Below are positions 1 to 13,200 of a stretch of 64,000 nucleotides of DNA, piece by piece. The DNA is from Psammoneis japonica (taxonomy: Eukaryota), in assembly GCA_008632985.1 (NCBI GenBank), contig QPGO01000262.1, forward strand, positions 1-64,000, given 5' to 3'. Numbering within the stretch: position 1 is the first letter of the stretch; each line of letters starts with the position of its first letter. The notes under the pieces were generated by a model. The model was not told the origin of the DNA and made no database searches. It saw nothing but the letters and a program-made list of their open reading frames with translations. Both the position numbers and the translations under genes were made by a program.

Positions 1-399
1 TCTGTGGTGCAGCCCCAGCAGCCTGGTTCTCAAAATCTTTTGCGTGCTTTTCAAGGCAGACATCCCTCATGATCTTGGTTCTCTGGATGCCGAGAAATGG
101 AAATCACAGTGGGCCGCTCCAAAAAACACAAGCACATGAACACACAGATCTGTCTTTTTTACATGGATTTTTTTTAGCTGTCCACCTGGGCTGCCAATCT
201 TGATCTTTGTCAGAGCTTGAAAGGGCAAATGGAATCCTGCATTTTTTCATTCAATGCCCAACGATGCCACCATGACATTCAGCACCCATGACGGCTCAAG
301 TTTTGTCACCTTGTGGCAACAAGAAGAGCCTTTGTAGAACGGGAGCAATGCATGTGATCATGAGGGTGTTGTCTCAGCATCATGAAGCACTTGTGATTG

Positions 400-1450
400 G
401 CTTGTGTTTGATTTTAGACACAGCAAAACCATGCAGCAGATTTTGCAAACAGCGGCAATGGCGGCCCTGTTGTTGCAGGAAAAGGGACAGGTGACCTTTC
501 CATTGAATCCTCCACATTTGTTTTAGCCACGTGAGGTTCCATCATCGCGCTCGCCTTGGCTCTGGAGGCCTTGCAGCTTGCATTTGTGATGACACAACAA
601 CAGTGCAATTTTTTGCATGACAAACAATGCACTGTGTTCTTCACATGAGTTGCCACAGCTCATCTCATCTTTTGCACTGTGGATCATTGCTCAATCAACA
701 TTGTCAACTGCACTGAGCGGCGCGATGATTGGTTGATGAGAAGTTGCCACAAAAGGGATTCCAAAGCACCGCTGCGTTTCACGCCCATTTTTGTTATTGA
801 GATTCCTTCTTGTTTGTGTCACAAGGCAAAAAATCTGGCAGACGTGCCTTCGCATCTTCCAGATTTGTGCAAAAAAGACACAAATCCATGTGCTCATGAC
901 CCGATGATTCCGTGCAACACAAATTTGTGTTTTCATGTTTTCTGGAGTGACCCAGCATCAGCAGAGCCACAATGAAAAGAGCTGGCAAACAACGCCACCT
1001 TCAATGAACTTGCCTTGCACATTGTGTGGCTTGCGTTGCATGGGCAGCAACAAATGGCACAACACACTGCTTCCTTTCAATGCGGTGAAGCTGATGTCAT
1101 TCTTTCAACATGCTTGCTGGTTTTGCTCATGGTCTCTGTTCAACCATTTGCTTGTCAACCCATCTTTTCAATGGCACCAGGCACCCACTCCTTTGAATCT
1201 TTCATGCTTCCATGATGCTCAGCTGTGTCCTTGCCCATGTCTCTGATCCAACACAACCTTGCTGTGCCCTCTTTCAGCAGACCCTTGACAACTTCCCCAC
1301 AGCAAGGTCCTCCAGTGATTGTCTCTTTGCCTTCATCCAGCGAGCTTGTTTGCCACAATCCACTGACATGAGTTGTGCATTTGGGTTCTTGATGGCTTTC
1401 CAACTGGCCTCTCTGGCTTCTGTGTTGGGATTTCATGGCTTGCCAATTGG
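400..1450 (-). pseudogene. Highly degraded LTR-retrotransposon (Ty3/gypsy-like) reverse transcriptase remnant
   Basis: Minus-strand peptide scraps resemble gypsy RT (CHLLLPMQRKPHNVQGKF ~ YxYLRLPMG; FAQIWKMRRHV..IIAPLS ~ YRDMWxRRSHILAPL). Frames are broken and the DNA is TpA-depleted. Confidence 0.3.
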
Positions 1451-2039
1451 GGTGTGCTTGCTGGTCTCACCAACCCCCAAACTCACTGCATGGATTGCAA
1501 ACACAGCCATTTTCTTCACTGCTGCAGACAATGGCAACATTTTCATGTGTTGCTCACTGCATCTTCATGGGTTCTGCAGACTTGGCGCCCTTCCAGCCTC
1601 TTGTCTTGTGCCTCACTGTGAGTCTAGAAGGCAGCGGACATTCAGGGGATTGGGGTTGGCAACTGAAGGCCTTCATGTGAAGGGCATCAACAATGATGGG
1701 AGCAATGCACATTTTTGCAAGATGAGTCACAGTGCAAAGGATGAATCTCTGCTTTCTGTTGCTGGGGTGGACATGTTGGTGACTCTGAACAAGACAAAAA
1801 CTGCATGCATGGGTGACTTTAGAGAGCAGCTGCTTTGGTCCAGGGCACTGCCACCACCTCAGCAGGACTGTGCACTGATGACATGACACAGCAACACTGC
1901 CAAATGGGAGCAACAACCACACACAAATGCATCCAATGTGCAGCACACACACAAACATGTGTGCTCATGAGTTGCTGCTGTGACAGCAGCCAGGAAAACA
2001 GGGAACAAATCTGCGTGTGTGACTGTGTCCATTTGTCCA

Positions 2040-2136
2040 CCTTTGGCAAGTTTTGCAAGTTTGTCAACTTTGGCAATTTTGGCAAGTTTGGTGACTTTGG
2101 TGACTTTGGCAAGTTTGCTGAGTTTGGCGAATTGGC
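2040..2136 (+). repeat. Short array of the 9-bp satellite TTTGG(CA/TG/CG)A(C/G)
   Basis: About 10 tandem units such as tttggcaag, tttgtcaac and tttggtgac; same unit as the arrays at 3.5 kb and 13.2 kb. Confidence 0.9.
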
Positions 2137-2155
2137 AAGCAATGGGAGCATCTCA

Positions 2156-3383
2156 ATGTTTGTCAAGGAACAGATTGCTGGTGGCAACATGGACACTTCA
2201 AATTGGTCAGGAACTTGGGAGGAATGGGCAAAAAAGGTGGCAAAAAGGCAAATTAACAATCGCAGAAACACGGTGTGTTCGGCTGATGGGGCAGAGGCAA
2301 TGGCCCGCAAGCCAAGTGACCAATGTGTGTGGTTCGAGAGTTGTGCGCATCTCACAAGAAGATGACGGTGATGCTTCATCCATGTGGGCGTTGTCACTGA
2401 CAAAGAGGGAAAGGAAAAAGAAAAGAAACTCAAGGCGGCAGTCAGGAGGAAAAAGCAAGGCAGGAAAAAGTCAAGCCGGAACAAGAATGAAGAGAATGAC
2501 ATCCCGTTTGTGCCGACATGGGATCCGTTTAGCCTGGACACCATCACCGGCAGCAAACAAAGGAACAAGCAGGCATGCAAGTGGTTCTGTGATCACATCC
2601 TGCCTCAAACCATTCAAAAGCAGGCACGGAGCAGCACCATCAAAACTGGGGACGCACAGGTCTCACAGTTGTTTGCGGTCAGTGACAAAGCTTTGGCGCT
2701 GTTGGCCATGGAGAATTGTTGGCAGGTGTGGGCATGCAGGAACAAGGAGGAGGCGGTGGAAGAATTGGGTGAGGAAATGGAGCCCGAAGAAACAAGGCCT
2801 GCCCCTCAGCACATGAAGCCAAAGAAACAATGAGTGTCTTGGGGAGACGACGGAATCAATCGGTTCAACGATTTGTGCCAAGAGGTGACGAAAGATGGAG
2901 ACTCCAAGGAGGGAAAGGAGTTTGAAAAGCGACACGCAGAGATCAAGAAAAGTGAGCACGAGAAGTCTAGAGAAGCAAAAAAGAAGAAGAAGAAAGCACC
3001 GACCGGTGATGCGGAGAAGGTGAAGGCAATGAACAGCCCAATGGCGGAGAGCCGCAGGGACGACAACAGCAATGACAATGAGCAGGAGCAAGGTGCAAAA
3101 GGCAAAACGAATGACGGAGGAGACGAGTCCGATGGAGACGAGTCTGATGATGATTGTTGGCTCAGTTTGAGAGAGTTGCAGCAAGAAAATGTGTGCACAG
3201 TCAACACAGCACTCGGTCATTGCACTGCAGATGCAACAAGGGATTGACTTGGCCGATGAAATGCTTTTCTTGTTTAAAATGATGTTTGCGAAAATTGACA
3301 AACCAAGGATTGTGCGGCAATGCAATCATGCACTGGCATGTGGCAACAAGGCAGAGGCAGAAACATTGATGTGGACACAGTGA
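2156..3383 (+). pseudogene. Disrupted transposon-associated hypothetical gene, copy A (SDxALALLxMENxW...WxDDGIxRFNxL motif)
   Basis: ORF pieces 2384-2833 and 2834-3247 are in frame across one TGA. Motifs WSGTWEEWAKK, ACKWFCDHIL, SDKALALLAMENCW and GINRFNDL match copy B on the opposite strand. Confidence 0.55.
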
Positions 3384-3542
3384 AAAATGGCACACATGAT
3401 TCTTGACAAGTCATTGAAACATTGGTGCCAAACTTGCAACTGGAGGTTGGCCTGTCATCACACGACAACAATTTTTTGCAACATTTCGACAAATTGTCAT
3501 CGTGCAAATCTGCACATTTTTGACATTTCGTGCACTCTGATG

Positions 3543-4400
3543 AACTTTGGCAACTTTGGCAACTTTGGTGAGTTTGGCAACTTTGGCGAGTTTGTCAACT
3601 TTGGCAAGTTTGGTGAGTTTGGCAACTTTGGTGAGTTTGGCGAGTTTGGTGACTTTGGCAAGTTTGGCAACTTTGGCAAGTTTGGCAACTTTGGCAACTT
3701 TGGTGAGTTTGGCGAGTTTGGCAACTTTGGTGAGTTTGGCAAGCTTGACAACTTTGGCAAGTTTGGTGAGTTTGGCGAGTTTGGCAACTTTGGTGAGTTT
3801 GGCGAGTTTGGCGACTTTGGCAAGTTTGGCAACTTTGGCAAGTTTGGTGAGTTTGGCAAGCTTGACAACTTTGGCAAGTTTGGTGACTTTGGCAACTTTG
3901 GCAAGTTTGGCGAGTTTGGCAACTTTGGCAACTTTGGCGTGTTTGACAACTTTGGTGACTTTGGCAACTTTGGCAACTTTGGTGACTTTGGCAAATTTGG
4001 CAACTTTGGCGAGTTTGGCAACTTTGGCGAGTTTGGCAACTTTGGCAAGTTTGGTGAGTTTTGCGAGTTTGGCAAGTTTGGTGAGTTTGGCGAGTTTGAC
4101 ATTTTTGGCAACTTTGGCAAGTTTGGCGAGTTTGGCAACTTTGGCGACTTTGGCAAGTTTGACAACTTTGGCAAGTTTGGTGACTTTGGTGACTTTGGCA
4201 AGTTTGCTGACTTTGGCAAGTTTGGCAACTTCGGCAAGTTTGGCAACTTTGGCGAGTTTGGCAACTTTGGCAAGTTTGGCAACTTTGGCAAGTTTGGTGA
4301 GTTTGGCGAGTTTGTGGCAACTTTGGTGAGTTTGGCGAGTTTGACATTTTTGGCAAGTTTGGTGACTTTGGTGAGTTTGGCAACTTTGGCAAGTTTGGCA
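3543..4400 (+). repeat. 9-bp tandem satellite array (~860 bp)
   Basis: Continuous tttggcaac/tttggcaag/tttggtgag/tttggcgag/tttggtgac units. The FGN/FGK and LAT/LAS ORFs are translations of the repeat. Confidence 0.97.
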
Positions 4401-4878
4401 AGGCATCAGAGCGCGAAACACAGTGATCCTGACCACCCTTCTTGCAGGTGATTTTTGACACCATTGCAGGCACAAATGCAACAGTTTCATGTTGAGTGAG
4501 TTGTGTAGAACGTGATTTTTTATCATGTGTCACAGCATTGCATTTTTCACCATGGGACCCCTCCTTTGCCTGTGGGACCCCTCCCTTGGCTGTCAGAATT
4601 CTGTCACTTTTTACCTTTTGAAAGCAATGTTCACAACGTTTTGGTCAACAACAATTTAGTGCCAATCGTTGCGTTGCATTGGTTGAGAGAACCTTCCATT
4701 GCATGCGCTGGTTCTGTTGCATGCACTGGTTGTCAAACGAAAGGTTGGATCATAAAACAATGATCCCTTTGGTGCTTTGTCAAACCTCACAACTGTCAAC
4801 ATTGAAGCCCACTACATTGCTTGTCCTCTTTCCATTGTCACACCAACAAAAGCCTCCGCTGCCTTTTCGTGCCGCAGC

Positions 4879-6116
4879 TCACTCACCATCTGCATCTACA
4901 CTCGTGTCGCTTTCCGCATCACTGTCCTCCTCCCCTTCATCACTGTCCTCGTCTCCTCTGTTCTCGTCCATTGCCTCTTCCTCCTTCTCCTTGTCGTCAC
5001 TTGAAAGCTCTGTCGTTGCCTGTGTTCTTGCCTCCTCCACCTGCTTTTTCTTTCTTTTTGATCCCTTGCCTCTTTCGTCACTCTTCCTTTTCTTGCCTTT
5101 GCTGTGCCATGTGTCGAACTGAATGCCCTCCTCACTCAACCTGTCTTTCTTTGCTGCCGCAAGCAGTTTGTTGAATCGCTCAATCCCTGCATCTTTCCAC
5201 GAGTCTCATTGCCTTGACAGGTCCGTGCACTTGGGTGTTGGTTCCGACTCTTCCTCATCTTCTTCGTCCGAACCCCCCCCCTGCTGCAACAGTCTTGTCA
5301 TGACGTGCCTTGTGCTCCCAACTCTTCCAGCAGTTTTCCAATGTCAACAGCGCTGGAGCCTCGTCGCTCGCTGCAGCCAGACCGGTTGCCTTTGTCTCAC
5401 CCGACTCCACCTTCCTTCTCCATGTGGCGGTGCTCTTTGTGAATTTCAGGATGTTTTCGTAGAACCAAGCACATGCTTCTTTGTTCTTGCGCTTGTCCTC
5501 CACAATCGTTGTCACAGTCTCCTCCCCCCAAGTCGCCAGGAACGGCTCTTCCTCTTCCGTGCGATCGTTCTTCTTCCTCTTCTTGCTCTTCTTCCCACCT
5601 CTGCCCTTTGCTGCTGGCTTCTGACTGCGCATCTCCTCTGCTTCATTCTCTGTCAACACAACTTCAACAAATGAAGGTGCAGTTGTGTCAAGTGCAGCTG
5701 CACTCAACATGCCGTGCACCACAAAACACTTGCCAGCCGTTGCATTGTTCTTGATCGCCTGAGTGACCGTGCTCCTTTTCGCATTGATTGCGTGCATGAC
5801 GCACTTCTTTGCTCAGTCTTCCCACGCTCCCGCCCAGTCTCGCTTGCTGTGATTTCCTCCGGCTGTCTTTTTCCTGATGAGCCGCGACACTTTGCCGCTG
5901 CTTGCCATGTCCGCCTTGACAAGGAATTTTGCCTTTGGGAAAAGTTCCTTCCACGCCACCTCTTCTGCCTCTCTCTTTATAGACTGGTGATCCCCAGTGG
6001 CTCCCACCCGCACCAACGCTGCGGCCAGCCTTGGGCTTGTTGGCTGATCTCCAGCCACCCCCGCAGTTCCTTTCTTCTTCTTCCTTGCCATTGTCGCCAA
6101 TTGTGGGTGGCTCCAT
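4879..6116 (-). pseudogene. Disrupted transposon-associated hypothetical gene, copy B (paralog of 2156-3383)
   Basis: Motifs DWAGAWED, ACAWFYENIL, SDEAPALLTLENCW and AGIERFNKL occur across frameshifted pieces, followed by an acidic C-terminal tail. Confidence 0.55.
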
Positions 6117-7089
6117 GCCTTGTGTCCCAGTTGTTTTTGCCGTTGGAAAATTTTCAAACCTCTCTTTAATGCCAAAAATCTTGTGGTTGCCATCAATGAC
6201 TCCTTTTTCTCAAATGCAACACAATTGAGAATTGACCAAATCTTTTGATGTGCACGCAATTTGTCCATTTTGCCACTCCTTGCAATCTTGTGAAAATTTT
6301 GAATCATTGCGAATTCCAGTTCAAACCTCTCTTTTGCTGCAATTTCGAAATCCACTTCCACAGTGTAAATTGCTTGCAAAAGCACTTTGTTCAAAACATC
6401 ATTGTGAAACGTGTGCCTGCAAAAGTTGTTTTTGCTGCAATGAACAAACCCCTCACCTGCTTTGACGTTGTTCCGGTTTGCTGTTGGGGCCCAAGCACAT
6501 CCATCCTTTTGGTGCCAAATCGTTTTCTCTGGTCCAATTCGTCATCACCCTCTAACTTCGTAACTCTCAACTTGATGTGTCGCCCGATGTCGGAATGGTC
6601 AGTCATGTGGGTGAAAGCCCTCGTCTCCGCTCTGACCATTCTCACGAATTCATTAACTTCAACGCGACAACGTCTCTCCACCCAATGCTTTTCCTTTCTC
6701 CTGCTTTGAAATTTCTCCCGCTCACCATCCTCCTTCCGGATGATGTCCAGCATCCATTCATTGACTGTCCATGGAGATGACCTGAAGAACTCCATTTGCT
6801 CACAGAACCAAAGTCTTTCATGGTTGTCTCGCACGATGTCACACTGGAGCCACTTCGCCAGTTTTGGTGCATCGCAAACAATTCCCTTCTTGTCCATTGC
6901 AAGTCCGCATGTGCCTCCCCTTGCCAATGTTTCTCCCAACGGTCCGCAAGTGCCTGTCTCGTCCATGCCATGGGTCGGCATGCTGACACTCGAATGCAGC
7001 AAGCTTTCTCTGGCACAGAAAGCAAAAACAATGTCAGGTTCACCTGGTCCTGCTCCATTTCTTTCAAAAGAAGTGGAGGGAATGCGTTG

Positions 7090-7601
7090 GAGCAGGAGGT
7101 GACCTCACCGTCAACCTTGTTTGCAAAACCAAATTCCGCCACAAGAGCGGGAAAGACACTCACCACGCACACCCAGACTGCAACAGCGAAGGACCGGTTC
7201 ACGACTGGGCGAATGTTAACTTTGGCACAACTGGGGGGGAATTGTGCTTCCCGTCAAGACTTCGCTGTTTCTTCCAAAGGGAAAGCGACGGTGACTTGTG
7301 TGCGGTCGTTCACTCTTGCACGTGCCAGCCTGACAAGTGTGCCATGGTTGAACGAATGCAACACACCGACCTGGTCAGTCGCTGGCAATTGGACCAAGTG
7401 AAGAACAACAACTTGTCCTCTGCTGAACAAACAGTGCACTCACCCAAGCTTTTCTTGGTGCCCATCGACGCTGTTGGCGACAAATTGTTGGTGTGTGAGG
7501 AGCAACCCGGCATTGCTGAGACACACGACAGGACAAAGCATGTTTGGGTGGTTCAAGACCGCAGAAACACATGGGGAGAGCTGTTTCACAAAAGCAGGTG
7601 A
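7090..7601 (+). pseudogene. C-terminal fragment of a Plavaka-like transposase-associated protein
   Basis: Reads THHAHPDCNSEGPVHDWANVNF...CFPSRLRCFF, matching the (F/Y)RAHPxY...GPWYDWAxVxF...PAxxxxF motif I recall from Plavaka-type proteins once H/C are read back as Y. Confidence 0.5.
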
Positions 7602-7637
7602 AAAGCATGTGAGCATCCGACAACAGCAGCAGAAAAC

Positions 7638-10600
7638 TTAATTGGGGCAACAAGGACAACAGAGACAACGTTCACTCACCTGCTTTGGCAATCTACTCAC
7701 AAATCCGACTGGGAACCAGTGTGGCAAATAACTCCCAGGCCATTTCCTCAACTCATCCCTGAAATCAGGAATTCTCCTCTCGAAGGACAGGAGTGGGAAC
7801 GGCTCCTTCGGGTTGCAATTTCCACACTCTCGTAGGAACTCTAGGACTGAATCAGCTTCTTCATGTGGCAGCGTTTCCCGAATTTCCTGTTCTGTGACTC
7901 CCAAATGCAATGCTTCCTGGTCAGATGGTTTTCCCAGCCAATCCACACGGTGCTCCTCCACAATCTCCTGGGAAGCCTGGCAGAGCGTCACTGTTTCACA
8001 TGCCATGTCCTGTGTCATGGCCTGCACCAGTGCGCACTCCAAAATGTCATCCAAATTGTGCATGGTTTGGGCCAGTGACCAAATGGTGCACGGGATTATG
8101 ACGCGGCACCTCTGGAGCTTTGGATGAAACAACGTTTCCATCACATCCCTCAGGTTTTTGCCAAAGAAGCGATTTCCGAGTGTTGACTGCAGCCACTCCC
8201 CTTTTTGCATCCAGCGGCAGTCCATGCAGATCTGAACAAAGCCACTTTTCTTAAAATCAATCACTGCTCCAAACCGCGTCTTGACCCTTTGGGCAAAATT
8301 CTTGGCGGACATGTTGCAATTCAAGTGACAAGCGGGGCTGCCATCCTGTGGGGACACAGTGCATGCACGAACATTTGAGTTCATAAAGAGATCCTGAACG
8401 ACTTGACACCTTGCCTCATCTCTTCTTTGCTGAGTGGATCGGACAGCCTCCACGCCATGGTCCGAACATGTCTCATCTAATGTCAGGTTTCCAGCCATGA
8501 CGGGCCTCGTCATGCAAAGCCACAGGACATTTGCACCTCCGTCAGGAGGAGTCACACTGCGGACCAAGATTTGTGAAAAACATGACACCAAACAATTGCA
8601 GGAGTTCTTCGGCTGTTGACAGACTTGCTCAAAAATGGCATTCACACATTTGTCCATGTCAAAATCTTGCACTTGTAAAAGGACTGGTGGCTCGGGTTGA
8701 TCGTACGCGGTTGCGTTGCTTGTGTCATCTTCATCGGATTCTTGATCCTGCGACTGAAGGATGACAGAATCTGCCGTGACAATTGGAACGCGGCAGTCAG
8801 AATCAGGACACGAGCAGTCCTCTGACAACACAGACTCCTCCAAAGACAATGAGCTGAGTTCATTGTCTGCGGCGAGTCAAGACTCCTCTGAATCCAATGA
8901 ACTTAGTTCTTTCTCCGCGTCAAATCGACAATCCTCCAAAGACAATGAGCTAAGTTCATTGTTTGTGGCGAGTCTAGACTCCTCCAATGACAATGAGCTA
9001 AGTTCATTGTCTGCAGGTGGTCCATCAACAGCAGAGAAAACACTGGCACCGTCTGATTGCACGGCTGATTCACACACAAATGTGCGCGATTCAGCACTGT
9101 CTTGTGATTGGCAAAGGTTGGGGTCGTCATCAACACACTCCAAAATTTCACACTCGGTTGACCCATGTGGCTTGCGGAGATGCTGCCCAGAGGGAGAGAA
9201 GGCAAACAGGTCTTGTCCTGAACAGGGTCCTTGGAAAACACAACCAAAAATGTGGGTGCAGCGATTGTCTGAATTCTCACAAAGTTTGTGCTCGGTTCCA
9301 TTCCAACTGTGCTCTTCGGTTCCTGTTTCGGATGACATCCTTTGGTGCATGAGCGGCCTTTCTTCCAGTTGAATGTGCCCCAGTTGTGCAGCAGCTCCCG
9401 AATTGAAGACAGGACAGACAATGTCATTGAGTCTTGGATGGTCTTTCACTGCGACACCTGCCAGCACCAGACATTGCAGCACCAACATGAGACGAATCTC
9501 ACTGAAATCTGCTCCCCGGTCTGCCCAAGCATCACATGCTGCCTTGCACCGTTGTTCCATTAAGTTGGGACAGAACTCATTGGTGTTGACATTGTTGTTT
9601 ATCCAGAGAAGCACAGCATGGATTTCTTCCACCATTGCATCAATTGGGTCATTCGCGGTTCCGACGCAACAAGGGTCTAGAAATGCATCGCAAAATTTCT
9701 GGTGCATCAAATTGGCAGGGCTGATCCTGCCCACCTGTGGGTCACCGCATGGCACCCCAAATGTGTTCTGCAAGCAATTGGCAAAGTTGACAAACGGGTC
9801 AGCACCTTCGCAACAAAGGTTGGGAAGATGCTTGTCCCCCACGCAGTAAAATCGGTGATGTCCGGTGGGACAACCAGCATGGATCGCCAAATGAATGACT
9901 CGTTTTGGGTTGGGACCCAATCGGCACACAATGTTCTTGAAATGGCAGATCACTGTGACTGGGGCAGATGGGTGGAAGTCCCCAACTGGGAAAGTTGGGA
10001 ACTTGAGTCGATCCATGCACACCTCGACACATGAAGAGTCGCCACCTCCACCAATGAGAACATTGTCCCATGGCCTGTTGTTGTCAAGGGAAAGATGCTT
10101 GAATGCAATGCTGGAAAGCAACACATCGGGGTGGGTGGGACCATCATGCTGCAAGTCCAAGTCTTTAAGTGCAAAATCAAGCTGAGCTTGATTGTGGTGC
10201 ATGCGAGTGAGCATGGGCTTCATGTCGCACTGGTCGTCGTGGTGTTCACCAATGGTCCTTCTGCTGTTGGCAACAACCTTGAAGGACCAGACATCGCCAA
10301 AGGCATCCATGACAAAGAAGCAACCGGCAGCTGTCTTCCTGTGTCAACGCCAGGTGCAGTTTTTATTGTCACAGTGACCATCACAGACTTGACCCCGGGA
10401 AATGCACAATCCCTGCATGGTGACGTCCTCACGTTTGAAGAAGAGACAGCCCATTTTGTTGCCCAACTTTTGCGAGTGTTCCTCGTGCCGAAGTGACCAG
10501 TCAAATGGTGGTGGATTGCTCAGTTTTTTCAGCTCTGCCTCATTTTCGCAAAGCTGAATCGAGCCAAGGATGTCGGCTGCCATCGCCTTGATTTTGGAGG

Positions 10601-12649
10601 TCTCGTTGGTGTCAAAGTTGTCATCGGACTCAAAGACATCAAGTCCACAAGCAGCCTTTGGTTTGGCCAGTTTGGCAGAACCAGGCATCTTGGGGTGATG
10701 CGCTCTCCCAGCACAACCGAACTTTGTCCTGCGTGCTTCGCCGTTTTGAACTGCAGCCGGTCCGTCACGTGTCAAATCGGACTCTCCCTTCAACAAAATA
10801 AATGGAAGAAGGGTGGGAATGCACACACGAAGGCACCCGAAGTGCCCCTTGCACAGAGAGTTGGCCTGACGGGCAACGGAGAGTTCCTTGGAGAAGTGAT
10901 CAAGGTCAGGAGGGTGCTTGGTTCGAACACGAGATGCGGTGGCGGAATCACACAATGGCACACTGTTTGAGAACGTGCGCCAGTTTTCCCGCAAGTTGTC
11001 CGCCAGGCAAAAGTTGGCGGCAGAATGATGAAGCACCCGATCAGTGTTGGTGGCTTTGTCAATGATGTGCAGGTGTGACAAATGAGAAGAAACTTCCTCG
11101 GTGGTGACGGGTCGACACTTGGATGGGTCAAAGCGATTGCGGAGTGTGGACAGGTCCAGCCACGACATGTCGTTGGGGTCACTGGGAGGAGACGTAACCG
11201 TGGGAGGATTAGCTGAAACAGAAGGAGGAGAGGAATGAGGTTTGGACAAAGGACCTTTGGAGGTAGAAGCAGGTTTTAGGTTTTCCACAATTTCTGAGAG
11301 TGACGGAAGGTCGGCGGTGAGAGTCCGGTGTGCCTCCCTGGATGACGGAACATTGCCAGAAAGTGATGGAGGGGCTTGTTTGTTGCGAGATGCAGGCTTG
11401 GCCTTCTTGTTGGGAACGGTCAAGGAAGGCTCTGGTGGGTCGTGAACAATCATGGGGTGTGAGAAGAGACATTGAGACGACAGACACAGGTGGAAAGGCA
11501 GAAGGCGGGAGGTGGGGGGGGGTTCTTGCCATCGTACAAACAGGTGCCATCCTTGCGGGTCCTCCCAATTTTGCGCTTGGTTTTGGAGTTGTAGATTCAT
11601 TTGTCATCGTCTTCCAAGCAGTCGGCCCTCTGACCACGCATTCTGCAATGGAGCATTGTGAGCTGCTTGCTGCACCCAGGTCGGACACCAATTTGCTCCT
11701 TGGGACAACGCTTCCCAAATTCGTGGTTCAACATGGAATTGATTTTTTCTTCACAAGCCTCACGGCGTGCAAGGGAATCGCCTTGCATTGTCACCGTGTT
11801 CTTTGTGTCACCGGTTGAGTCATCAAGGAACCCCTTGATCTTGTCCGCCTGGGCACCAGGATCGTCAGCATCGCACACAACCAGAAAGCTGTTGACAAAG
11901 AGGCACCATTCCTTTTGGGTTTTGACGTGATGGAAAATCTTCAAGAACCAATGGTCCATGTCCTTGGGCTTGCACTGAACGTGGTGCATGACAATGTCAG
12001 TGACAAAACAGGCACTGTGGAGGTCTTGGGCTTGATCGTTGATCAAACTTTGGAGACTTTTGCACCGTAAAAATTGGAAACAAGGCTTGCCGGATAAAGG
12101 ATTGTTTGGGTCGTCTCCGGCAATGATCGTGTGAACAAATTCTACCATCGCCTGGATGTTGTGGTGAAGAAGCGTGCGGTTGTGCTGTTCTTTTTCTGTC
12201 TCTCCGGATGTTTTGGAGAAACACAGAGCCTCCTCAAGATTTTCATGTCGTGGGACATGTTCGCCTTTCGCACAGCGGGATTTCTCAGTGGACCAACCAC
12301 GAGTCATGATGTGAGACCAAATGTCGGGACAGCCAAGGGTTTTCCTTGCAACATCGTTGGTGCGGATGACTTCGGCAACATGAGGAACACGGCGCAACTT
12401 CAGCTTGTGACAAAGGAAGGGAAGAGCAAGGAATTCTGGAGAGGGGGTCCAATTCATCGACTCCAAAAACTTCTTTTTCGAGGCACGCGTTGCAACCGTG
12501 CTTTTGAGCTTGGGTTGGAACAATTCGAATCCGAAGCCATTGGTGAAACATTCCATTTCATCAAAATTTAAGTCCTCGGTGATTTGGAAAGAAGGGTCAG
12601 GGTCGACCTTGTTGTCAGACGGGGTAAAGTCGTTAGACGCCATGGCCAA
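7638..12649 (-). pseudogene. ~5-kb (~1650 codon) disrupted gene of unknown function, probably transposon cargo
   Basis: ORFs 10344-11600, 8877-10310 and 7638-8849 are in one frame separated by single stops; 11597-12649 is one frameshift upstream. Only about 3 Tyr in total. Confidence 0.55.
8833..9016. repeat. Four 48-bp tandem units with a palindromic core
   Basis: Units start at 8833, 8881, 8929 and 8977. The core gacaatgagct(g/a)agttcattgtc reads DNELSSL on both strands. Confidence 0.85.
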
Positions 12650-12683
12650 CAGTCAGTTGCCGATTCACGTAGAATGCACAGGA

Positions 12684-12742
12684 TTCACAACAGCACACCC
12701 TCTCGTCAAAAGCATTTTGGGGAGAGGGTGTGCTGTTGTGAA
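12684..12742. repeat. Perfect 21-bp inverted repeat (hairpin) upstream of the 5-kb gene
   Basis: ttcacaacagcacaccctctc (12684-12704) pairs with gagagggtgtgctgttgtgaa (12722-12742). Confidence 0.9.
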
Positions 12743-13200
12743 ATGGGTGGAGAACTGCGCATGTAGAAAAGGCACCAAAATGCAGGCAGGGGCCCATTGA
12801 CTGGACAACTGGAGCGTGCAGGTGGAAATGATGAGACAGTGTTCCTCTGGGTGGCTGCGTGGCTGACTGGGGCGAGGGAGAAATGCCATTGTCTGTGGCG
12901 ATGCAAGGCTGCGGTGAAGCTGTTGAAAAGCACTGTCAAAGTTGACGATTCCACAAATGTGTGAAAAATTGACAAAACAAAAAGCGCCACTCAACAATGA
13001 AGGGCTTGTTGAAATTCTTTGGCAACTTAAAAGCAAAATAAAATGGCAACAATTGCCAAGATGAAATGGCAATGATGAGTGTCAATTGACTGTCAAAAAA
13101 CAAATGAGCTGTCACTGATTTTTGCACACAATTGTCAAAACAAATGTTCCAAATTTTCCAAAGGAAAGTGAGCAACACTGTGTTGCAGCCTCTGATGACT

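Noticed and set aside
3387..4533. Long FG-, LP- and CQ-rich ORFs (nucleoporin-like or antifreeze-like)
   Set aside because: They are translations of a 9-bp satellite, open in most frames only because TAA/TAG are absent.
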